Positions 10,630 through 18,503 of a stretch of DNA of 54,015 nt are shown piece by piece (position 1 is the stretch's first letter; each line of letters opens with the position of its first letter). Made by a program: the position numbers and the translations under genes. The notes under the pieces were generated by a model, which ran no database searches, was not told the DNA's origin, and was given only the letters and a program-made list of their open reading frames with translations. The stretch lies in the sequence record DRR723986_9408; one strand, given 5' to 3'.

Positions 10630-11604
10630 ATGAACCCGATTTCAACACCCCAAAGAAAGATCAGGATGTCCATCTTGATTGGCGCTTTTTCATGCTTCTT
10701 ATTATTGCCAAAAATAGAAGCACAAGCCCAAAACGTTGGCGCTTCCCCTGAATACATCAAAGCCCTTACTGTCGATTGGCAGGGAGAACGCTTTGCAGAT
10801 GGGAGACCGAAAGTTTCTGATTCTATTTTAGAACGCCTGAAAAAAATCTCCATTGAAGAGGCATGGGGCGTTCTGCGCAATAAGGGCTACCAAAACCAAT
10901 ATGAAGGTGAGTGGCAAATCATGCTGCCAGATGAAACCATGACAGGCCGGGTGGTGACAGCTCAATACATGCCACTACGTCCTGATCTCGAAAAGCAGGT
11001 GAAGGACCAAGGCGTAGGTAAAGAAGGAAGATCTGATAAAGGAGGTACAAACTCCTGGCCTATCGATATTCTTACCAACGGAGATGTCTATGTAGCAGAT
11101 GGCTATGGGAAAATCGTGGATGGAACGCTGATCGGAGATAATCTCGGAAATGCGATCTATGCCAAATCCCAACGTGGAGTGATCTTCAATGGATCTGTGA
11201 GGGATCAGGAAGGACTATCCGAGATCGAAGGCTTCAATGCCTGGATGAAAGGGCAAGATCCATCTTATATTCAGCAAATGATGCTGACCTCTATCAATGC
11301 ACCAATTCGAGTTGGACGTGCTACTGTACTTCCAGGTGATGTGGTCTTAGCAAAGAAATATGGGGTGATTTTCATTCCAGCATACTTAGTGGAAGAGCTT
11401 GTTTTGACTTCTGAGGTCACTGGATTGCGAGATGAATTTGGCCACCAAAGATTGCGAGAAGGTAAATATCTAGCTGGACAGATTGATAGCCAGTGGACAG
11501 AAGAGATCAAAAAGGATTTCTTGGATTGGCTAAACAATTATCCAGGAAAGCTTCCGATGACCAAGACTGAGCTGGATAATTACCTTAAAGAACGTAATTA
11601 CTAA
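10630..11604 (+). CDS. RraA/HMG-aldolase-like protein with Sec signal peptide (paralog 2)
   Basis: Basic n-region plus hydrophobic ILIGAFSCFLLL...AQAQ. GDN-...-GSVRD has exact D-X20-R-D spacing. Clear homology to 8336..9268. Confidence 0.85.
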   Translation: MNPISTPQRKIRMSILIGAFSCFLLLPKIEAQAQNVGASPEYIKALTVDWQGERFADGRPKVSDSILERLKKISIEEAWGVLRNKGYQNQYEGEWQIMLPDETMTGRVVTAQYMPLRPDLEKQVKDQGVGKEGRSDKGGTNSWPIDILTNGDVYVADGYGKIVDGTLIGDNLGNAIYAKSQRGVIFNGSVRDQEGLSEIEGFNAWMKGQDPSYIQQMMLTSINAPIRVGRATVLPGDVVLAKKYGVIFIPAYLVEELVLTSEVTGLRDEFGHQRLREGKYLAGQIDSQWTEEIKKDFLDWLNNYPGKLPMTKTELDNYLKERNY

Positions 11605-11657
11605 TTCTGGATCAGGCTAAAGACAAATTACACAATAACCCAAAAACCCTATTTAAG

Positions 11658-13142
11658 ATGAAAAGCACATTACAACACCTTATTCAAAAGAGTAAGGAGC
11701 AGGAGCGGACTTATACAGCCCAACGTCAAGCAGAAATCGATAATCCCTTTACAAAAGATAACAGAAGAGATTTCTTGAAAAAAACTGCCTTAGGCGGGTT
11801 AAGTTTGACAGCACTCATGGGACTTAGTATAGAAGATACCATGGCTGAAACGACTAAGAATGTACGTCGGGCGTCAGCTCCTTCAGACTTGAAAATCACG
11901 GATCTCCGCTATGCTCATACCAATGTAATGGGGGGAACCGCAATCCTTAGAATCGATACAAACCAAGGGATTTATGGTTTGGGTGAGGTAAGGGATGGGG
12001 CTGATCCTAGGTATGCATTGATGCTGAAAAGTAGGATTCTAGGCGAAAACCCCTGCAACGTTGAAAAACTGTTTAAAATCATCAAACAATTCGGTGGGCA
12101 ATCCCGACAGGCTGGTGGTGTTTGTGGGGTTGAAATGGCACTCTGGGACCTATGTGGCAAAGCTTACAATGTACCGGCCTGGCAACTACTTGGCGGAAGG
12201 TATCGCGATTCTGTACGTCTGTACGCTGATACTCCGGAAGCCAAATCTCCTGAAGAGCAGCTGAAGCTCATCAAATACCGAACTGAGGAGCAGGGGTATA
12301 CTTGGCTGAAAATGGATGTTTCTATTGGAGAAATCATGGATATCCCGGGTTGTATTGTGAATCCAGAGATTTTCAAAATGGGTAAAAGTCAGTGGCAGGG
12401 CGGATACATGTCTTATGCCAACACAGCCCATCCATTTACGGGAGTACAGATCACTGAGAAGGGACTGGATGAGCTCGCCAAAATCGTAGATCATGTGCGT
12501 AGTATGGTGGGTTATGATATTCCTATTTCGACGGACCATTATGGCCATTTTGATTTGAATAACTGCATCAGGCTGGGGCAGGCACTCGATAAATATAGAT
12601 TGGCTTGGTTAGAAGATATGGTGCCGTGGCAGATGTGGCAGCAGCATAAGACAATCACAGATTCTCTGAATACTCCTACCACCACAGGCGAGGATATTTA
12701 TTTATTGGAATATTTCAAAGACCTGATAGATAATCATGCCGTGGACATTGTGCATCCTGATTTGGCATCCTCGGGTGGACTTTTGGAAACCAAAAGAATT
12801 GCAGATTATGCAGAAGAAAAGGGGATAGGGATGGCCATGCATCAGGCTGGCACTCCTGTTTCATTTATGGCAAATGTACATTGCGCGGCAGCTACGCAAA
12901 ATTTTCTGGCACTGGAACATCACTCAGTGGATGTGCCTTGGTGGGAGGATTTGGTTACTATGACCGGCGGAGGCAAAATGATAGACAAAGGTTATGCGCC
13001 GGTACCTTTGGAGGCACCGGGCTTAGGAATTGAGCTGAATGAAGAAGTAGTAAAGGCACATTTACATCCATCGGACAGCTCATTTTTTGCACCTACGGAT
13101 ATGTGGAATGAAAAGCGTTCGCACGATAGAATCTATAGTTAA
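11658..13142 (+). CDS. Mandelate racemase/muconate lactonizing (enolase superfamily) enzyme with Tat-like signal (paralog 2)
   Basis: NRRDFLKK at residues 35-42, ALWDLCGK...PAWQLLGG, KMD, metal-ligand positions TDHY/WLEDM/TGED, and a His in AMHQ. Confidence 0.86.
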   Translation: MKSTLQHLIQKSKEQERTYTAQRQAEIDNPFTKDNRRDFLKKTALGGLSLTALMGLSIEDTMAETTKNVRRASAPSDLKITDLRYAHTNVMGGTAILRIDTNQGIYGLGEVRDGADPRYALMLKSRILGENPCNVEKLFKIIKQFGGQSRQAGGVCGVEMALWDLCGKAYNVPAWQLLGGRYRDSVRLYADTPEAKSPEEQLKLIKYRTEEQGYTWLKMDVSIGEIMDIPGCIVNPEIFKMGKSQWQGGYMSYANTAHPFTGVQITEKGLDELAKIVDHVRSMVGYDIPISTDHYGHFDLNNCIRLGQALDKYRLAWLEDMVPWQMWQQHKTITDSLNTPTTTGEDIYLLEYFKDLIDNHAVDIVHPDLASSGGLLETKRIADYAEEKGIGMAMHQAGTPVSFMANVHCAAATQNFLALEHHSVDVPWWEDLVTMTGGGKMIDKGYAPVPLEAPGLGIELNEEVVKAHLHPSDSSFFAPTDMWNEKRSHDRIYS

Positions 13143-13168
13143 GAACACCTTTTTACTTATTGCCAAAA

Positions 13169-13209
13169 GACCCGAAGACTTGCTTTATAACTGGTTTTCG
13201 GGTCATTTT
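13169..13209 (+). terminator. Stem-loop after the second enolase gene
   Basis: GACCCGAAGAC...GTTTTCGGGTC (one G-U pair) followed by ATTTT. Confidence 0.5.
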
Positions 13210-13239
13210 CAAAAAGCTCTCACCTAAAAATATTTTATT

Positions 13240-14334
13240 TTGAACCCAAAAATCACCAAAGCTCTTTCTATTCTCAGCGGCTTATTATTGTTAGCAGCAA
13301 TCGCTATCACGCTCTTTACGGGCATTGCAAAGGCAGGCTTCCTATGGATTGGCTTTTTCTTTATCTGTGCGATAGCATTTTTAGGTATTCCCAAACTTCG
13401 TGGATACGCCTACTCCATGATGATCTTCGGATCGGTTGCAATTGCCCTGTATTTTCCACAATACTTCATCGAATACAAAGGTTATAAGTTCAGTGCATCG
13501 ATTGTCCCGCTGATTCAGATAATTATGTTTGGAATGGGGACTTCCATGAGCATCAAAGACTTTTTGGGTGTGGTCAAAATGCCCAAAGGAGTGCTGATTG
13601 GCGTTCTATGCCAATTTTCAATTATGCCTTTCATAGGCTATACGCTAGCAAAAACAAGTGGTTTTCCTCCTGAAATAGCTGCCGGGATGATTTTAATCGG
13701 TTGTTCTCCAAGTGGTATGGCTTCGAATGTGATGGCATTCCTTGCCAGAGCTAATCTCGCACTATCAATTACTGTTACTTCGGTTACGACTTTATTAGCT
13801 CCTTTCGTTACCCCGTTTTTGATGGGCTGGTTAGCTGGCGAATTTGTAGCAATCGATGTTGTCGAAATGATGTTCAGCATTGTGAAAATGGTCATTATCC
13901 CAATTGGAGCAGGACTACTCTTTAATTATTTCCTTCGTGGAAAAGCCAAGTGGCTGGATGATCTTATGCCAATAATTTCTATGGCTGCCATAGCGTTGAT
14001 TTTGGTGGTGATTGTAGCTGCGGGAAGAGACAGTTTGCTGGATATTGGACCTCTTTTAATAATCCTTGTTGTGGTTCATAATCTCTTCGGATATGTGCTT
14101 GGCTATTGGGCGAGTAGATTGTTTAGACTCAGCGAAAAAGATTGTAGAACCATTGCAATAGAAGTGGGAATGCAAAATGGAGGTCTTGCCTCTGGTATAG
14201 CAAAGGAAATGGGAAAGATCGCCACAGTTGGTCTTGCACCCGCGGTATTTGGGCCTTTTATGAATGTGAGTGGTTCTATACTAGCTTCTTATTGGCATAA
14301 AAAGCCGATAGAACCTGAGGAAGAAAATTCTTGA
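13240..14334 (+). CDS. Bile acid:sodium symporter (BASS/SBF) family transporter
   Basis: TTG start. Motifs IMFGMG, CSPSGMASNV and RTIAIEVGMQNGGLA. Extra N-terminal hydrophobic segments. Confidence 0.9.
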   Translation: MNPKITKALSILSGLLLLAAIAITLFTGIAKAGFLWIGFFFICAIAFLGIPKLRGYAYSMMIFGSVAIALYFPQYFIEYKGYKFSASIVPLIQIIMFGMGTSMSIKDFLGVVKMPKGVLIGVLCQFSIMPFIGYTLAKTSGFPPEIAAGMILIGCSPSGMASNVMAFLARANLALSITVTSVTTLLAPFVTPFLMGWLAGEFVAIDVVEMMFSIVKMVIIPIGAGLLFNYFLRGKAKWLDDLMPIISMAAIALILVVIVAAGRDSLLDIGPLLIILVVVHNLFGYVLGYWASRLFRLSEKDCRTIAIEVGMQNGGLASGIAKEMGKIATVGLAPAVFGPFMNVSGSILASYWHKKPIEPEEENS

Positions 14335-14338
14335 TGAT

Positions 14339-14758
14339 TTAAGGCAATTTATATGCCTGTCGGACCAGTAATTTCCACTGGCCCTTTTCTTTCTGCCAAA
14401 CTAGAATAACGCCGATTTTTATGGAGTTTGATTTTCCTCCGTCTAAGACATCAGCTACTAAATTATGGCGAACTATCGCTACGTCTTTTTCTACGTGTAT
14501 AGTTTGGTCTTCAAAGGAAACCTTGGCAAAATCAGAAGCTCCACTTACTAAAGCATCTATAAACTGAGCTTGGTTTTCGAGTTTGCCGCTAGAGTGACCG
14601 TAGCTTAAATGAATGGAACTTAGCTCGCTCAGATTAGCTACCGTAGGATCAATCAAGGCTAATCGTAGTTTTTCTACTTGAGATGCTACGTCCTTATCAG
14701 CTTGCGCAAAAGCTAAAGTTACTGTGAGAAAAAGGGCAAAGGTTAATAGGGTTTTCAT
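14339..14758 (-). CDS. Secreted NTF2-like / DUF4440 protein
   Basis: Signal peptide (…LAFAQ), LSYGHSSG motif and C-terminal VWQKEKGQWKLLVRQA strand typical of the NTF2 fold. Confidence 0.8.
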   Translation of the reverse strand: MKTLLTFALFLTVTLAFAQADKDVASQVEKLRLALIDPTVANLSELSSIHLSYGHSSGKLENQAQFIDALVSGASDFAKVSFEDQTIHVEKDVAIVRHNLVADVLDGGKSNSIKIGVILVWQKEKGQWKLLVRQAYKLP

Positions 14759-14787
14759 GGGTTTTTGAGTTAATCTTATTTTTGATA

Positions 14788-14811
14788 ATTAATGATTAAG
14801 TAATCATTAAT
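14788..14811. promoter_or_regulatory. Perfect AT-rich palindrome, candidate operator
   Basis: ATTAATGATTA-AG-TAATCATTAAT, about 30 nt upstream of the DUF4440 start. Confidence 0.4.
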
Positions 14812-14874
14812 CGATGGTGTTAAGGTACAAAAAATGGTTTTTGGATTGGTTTTTAGATTAGTAATATATGGACA

Positions 14875-15372
14875 TCAAACCGCAGAAATATAGGCGTAGT
14901 ACAGCTTGCATGCGTAAGCTGAATAGATGGCCAATTCTTCCATAGGTATATTCTCATCATGGACAAATACATCAAAGTTCAATTTATTAAATGAGTTTGT
15001 TGGGCTTAATGTCATTACACTCTCTCCGGCTTCTAAAGCAAGGTCAAATTTTAATTTCCATTTCCCTGAATTTTTTAGGATATAAGTTTCTTCTATCCCA
15101 TCCTCATTTTCTCTCGATATTTTCAAATGAAGTTTTGAATTATGACTGATTTCGCCAACTTTTCTACGATTCTTTAGAATCTCAATTTTATCTGACCACC
15201 AGTTTTTAGGTTTGAGTTGTATTTTCTCACGATCTAGGTAGGTTTCAGCGACTCCGGAATACCAATTTATGTATTTCAAGTCCACTAGTTTTCTCCCGTT
15301 AACACTCAGTTTAAAGCAACCTCTCATCGAAGTGGATTCTATTTTGAAGGTAGGTTTCTGTAATGTTTGCAT
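14875..15372 (-). CDS. Hypothetical protein (beta-strand-rich with C-terminal helix)
   Basis: Open frame; the likely ATG start is 15372 (MQTLQK) rather than TTG 15408. No recognised motif. Confidence 0.6.
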   Translation of the reverse strand: MQTLQKPTFKIESTSMRGCFKLSVNGRKLVDLKYINWYSGVAETYLDREKIQLKPKNWWSDKIEILKNRRKVGEISHNSKLHLKISRENEDGIEETYILKNSGKWKLKFDLALEAGESVMTLSPTNSFNKLNFDVFVHDENIPMEELAIYSAYACKLYYAYISAV

Positions 15373-15440
15373 ACTCCTAGAGCTAATTTTGAGGTGAAAT
15401 CTGATCAATTTGAGTGTAGATCCAGGTTTATATTGGCCTG

Positions 15441-15737
15441 CTATTTTTCCTGAACTATCGTAAAAATGTTTTTGTCCCTTATACCTTTTACTTCATGCTC
15501 TACCAATACAGGAATGTCATACGTGTCAAATTCCTTGAGTTGAATTACTTTTCCGTTAATGAAGAATTCAAGTTCACCCTTCAGTACTGTAAGTAACGAT
15601 GGACTATTTGCAGTGTGCTTTTTCAGAATTTGGTCGTGGAGCAATCCAATTGCGAAATAATTAGTTTTCTCGGTCCTCTGAATAGGACAGACGGAGGGTC
15701 TCTCATGGCCAAAGGCCAGATTTTCATAGATATTCAT
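15441..15737 (-). CDS. Cupin-domain protein
   Basis: LKKHTA...LTVLKGELEF...IPVLVEHEV matches the two-motif cupin pattern. Confidence 0.75.
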   Translation of the reverse strand: MNIYENLAFGHERPSVCPIQRTEKTNYFAIGLLHDQILKKHTANSPSLLTVLKGELEFFINGKVIQLKEFDTYDIPVLVEHEVKGIRDKNIFTIVQEK

Positions 15738-15992
15738 AGGAAAATGGGTTTATTGAAAAAGTTATAATACTCTATAATTTAGGTATTATTTCCCGGAATG
15801 ACCCAACTTCCTTGTTCAGTCCCTTCTAGTTGGAAATGAATTTCCATCCTTAGATAAAGCGGCTGTACAGGCTTTGTTCAAGAGAATAGGCTAGCAATAG
15901 TGTACCGAAATAAGTTACTGTATGTATTGTGCTTTTGTTGAATTCTACCACATTTTCTAGTCCAATCAATTTAAAACCAAGAGTGTGAAGTA

Positions 15993-16859
15993 TTAAAAAG
16001 GCTCGATATGGATTAGCACATTACCCAATTCAGGTATCTCAGCACATAGTTTGTCTTTGAGCAGATGAGAAATTTTGTGCCCTTCTGTTACTGTCAAATC
16101 ACCGATTACTAGGGCATGAAGATCTACATGATATTCCATTCCTGCCTTCCTGATAAAACATTTTTCGGTCCCTTTTACACCCGGAACAGTCAAGGATACA
16201 GTGCGGATATGCTCGGTCAATTCTTCGTAGTTGTTTTCATCCATCACCTCACCAAGTGCCGGCCGGAAGATTTTGTAGCAGTTGAAAAGGATAAAAGCCA
16301 CAGCAAAAAGCGCAGCGTAGTCATCAGCGACTTCATAGCCATCTCCTCCGAAGAGCGCTATTGTAATTCCGATAAATGCCGCAACAGAAGTTATCGCATC
16401 GCTTCGATGATGCCAAGCCTCAGCTTTGAGCGAACTACTTTTCAATCTTTTACTCCTTCTCATCACTACATGAAAAGAGGATTCTTTCCAGATAATAATT
16501 CCTGCCAACACGAAGAGTGTAAAGGTTTCGGGCGACTGGTGCGGAGTGATGATATGCTGATAGGCCTGCCAGGCGATTGTACCTGCAGAAACAATCAGAA
16601 AAACTACAACCAAAAACGTAATCAGGGGTTCAGCTTTTCCATGCCCATAGGGATGATTTTCATCTGCTGGTCTTGAAGAGTACTTTAACCCAAAAAGGAC
16701 TAGTATAGAAGAAAAAACATCAACTACTGACTCTATTCCATCAGCTATCAGCGCATAGGAGTTTCCAAAGATGCCAGCCAGAAATTTTATTGCAGCCAGA
16801 GCAATATTTCCAAGCATACTAAAAATTACTGTTCTTACTGCAAGGTTTGAGTTGCTCAT
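15993..16859 (-). CDS. Cation diffusion facilitator (FieF-like) transporter
   Basis: SYALIADGIES, PADENHPYGHGKAE, AEAWHHRSD and C-terminal IHIEP. Confidence 0.92.
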   Translation of the reverse strand: MSNSNLAVRTVIFSMLGNIALAAIKFLAGIFGNSYALIADGIESVVDVFSSILVLFGLKYSSRPADENHPYGHGKAEPLITFLVVVFLIVSAGTIAWQAYQHIITPHQSPETFTLFVLAGIIIWKESSFHVVMRRSKRLKSSSLKAEAWHHRSDAITSVAAFIGITIALFGGDGYEVADDYAALFAVAFILFNCYKIFRPALGEVMDENNYEELTEHIRTVSLTVPGVKGTEKCFIRKAGMEYHVDLHALVIGDLTVTEGHKISHLLKDKLCAEIPELGNVLIHIEPF

Positions 16860-16882
16860 GAGGTGTACTGGTAATAGAATCG

Positions 16883-16890
16883 CAAAAGTA
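16883..16890 (-). promoter_or_regulatory. Bacteroidota sigma-A -7 element for the CDF gene
   Basis: TACTTTTG on the minus strand (TAnnTTTG consensus), about 24 nt upstream of the start. No clear -33 element. Confidence 0.5.
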
Positions 16891-17042
16891 GGGATTATTC
16901 CTTTGCTTAAAGAATAGGAATAAACAAGGTTTTCAATATGCTAGTGCAAGCGTTAATAACAAATGAATCCCTTTTCGCTAACATTTACCCCCCTTCGTAG
17001 AGTACAGGATTGAATAGTTTTGGAAGGATGAAACTAAACCCT

Positions 17043-18452
17043 ATGAATAACCCATTTAAGTTTTTGGCAAGACTGTTCGTTCTTTCACTTATACTTTTCT
17101 CCTGCGGGGAGAAAGAAGACCCCGTCACTTTTCTAGTATCTATCACTGAGCTCCAATTTGGGCCGGCTGAAGAAACTTTGGAGGTTACTTTGACAAGTAA
17201 TCAACAATGGCAAGTGGAGATGAATGCATCATGGATTACCGTGATCCCAAACCAGGGCAACGGAAATGCTAAAATTTCCATAACAACAGCAGCAAACTAT
17301 GCGAATGAAATACGAACGACGGTCCTAAATATAAGGTCTGGAGTCATCATCCAGCCAATTAAAATAACACAGGAGGCAGGTGAACCTCAATTTCCTGATT
17401 ATTACATCCCGGCAGATAATACAGGCATGCGTGAAATTTCCAGTTTGGAATTGGCAGCTGAAATGGGAAAAGGATGGAATTTGGGTAATTCCCTCGAAGC
17501 AATAGGAGGGGAAACAGCGTGGGGAAATCCAAAAGTGACTAAAGAATTAATAGATGCTGTAAAAGCAGCTGGCTTTAATTCTGTAAGAATTCCAGTGGCT
17601 TGGAGTAAATTTTCAAATGCTACGGAATTTACAATTGATCCGGAATGGATGGCTAGAGTGCAGGAAGTGGTCGATTATGTGATAGATAATGACATGTACG
17701 CCTTGATGAATATCCACTGGGACGAAGGCTGGATGCAGCCGACTTTTGCGGAGCAGGAGTATGTGAATAATCGCTTGGAGAAAATGTGGGTTCAGATTGC
17801 GCTGAATTTCAGAGATTATAACGATCACTTATTATTTGCAGGCACCAATGAGGTGATGATAGAAGGGGATTATGGTACTCCAAAACCTGAATATTATCAA
17901 GTGCAAAATTCCTTCAATCAGACTTTTGTGAATGCCGTACGATCCACTGGCGGTAGAAATGCTTACAGAAATTTAGTCGTTCAGACGTTCAATACGAACA
18001 TTGACCATGGGGTGAATTTCTTTGAATTGCCACTAGATGAAACTGAGGATCGTTTGATGGTCGAAGCACATTATTACGACCCGTATGAGTTTGCCTTGAG
18101 AGAGGATGAAATCATCACCCAATGGGGAGCCAACGCCACTGACCCTTCAAAAACCGCACCTTGGGGTGGTGAGGCACATGTCGACGCACAGTTTCAAAAG
18201 ATGAAAATCAAATTCATCGACCAAGGCATTCCTGTTTTGATAGGAGAATATGGGGCTATCCAGAAGAAAGCTGCGGAGAATTACAGCTTTCTGATTGATT
18301 ATCATAGCTACGTGACTAAAAGTATGACAGCCCATGGATTGGTGCCCTTCTATTGGGATAATGGATATGCTGGCGATTATGGGTTTGCACTATTTGACCG
18401 GAATAGCAGAGAGCAGATTTATCCTGATTTGATAAAAGCTATAACAAACTAG
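17043..18452 (+). CDS. Glycoside hydrolase family 5 lipoprotein with N-terminal BACON domain
   Basis: Lipobox LFSC, BACON-like segment (W...WITV.P..GNG...N....R...ITQEAG), GH5 motifs GWNLGNSLE, RIPVAW, NIHWD, GTNE (acid/base) and IGEYG (nucleophile). Start could be 17028 or 17043. Confidence 0.9.
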   Translation: MNNPFKFLARLFVLSLILFSCGEKEDPVTFLVSITELQFGPAEETLEVTLTSNQQWQVEMNASWITVIPNQGNGNAKISITTAANYANEIRTTVLNIRSGVIIQPIKITQEAGEPQFPDYYIPADNTGMREISSLELAAEMGKGWNLGNSLEAIGGETAWGNPKVTKELIDAVKAAGFNSVRIPVAWSKFSNATEFTIDPEWMARVQEVVDYVIDNDMYALMNIHWDEGWMQPTFAEQEYVNNRLEKMWVQIALNFRDYNDHLLFAGTNEVMIEGDYGTPKPEYYQVQNSFNQTFVNAVRSTGGRNAYRNLVVQTFNTNIDHGVNFFELPLDETEDRLMVEAHYYDPYEFALREDEIITQWGANATDPSKTAPWGGEAHVDAQFQKMKIKFIDQGIPVLIGEYGAIQKKAAENYSFLIDYHSYVTKSMTAHGLVPFYWDNGYAGDYGFALFDRNSREQIYPDLIKAITN

Positions 18453-18458
18453 AAGTAA

Positions 18459-18489
18459 AAAGCCGGAATTCATTACGAACACCGGCTTT
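18459..18489. terminator. Bidirectional terminator between convergent GH5 and MFS genes
   Basis: AAAGCCGG...CCGGCTTT stem with A/T flanks. Confidence 0.6.
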
Positions 18490-18503
18490 AGGTTTTATAG
18501 GCT

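Noticed and set aside
15740-15990. Possible pseudogene remnant between the cupin and CDF genes
   Set aside because: Only short broken frames with no recognisable homology.
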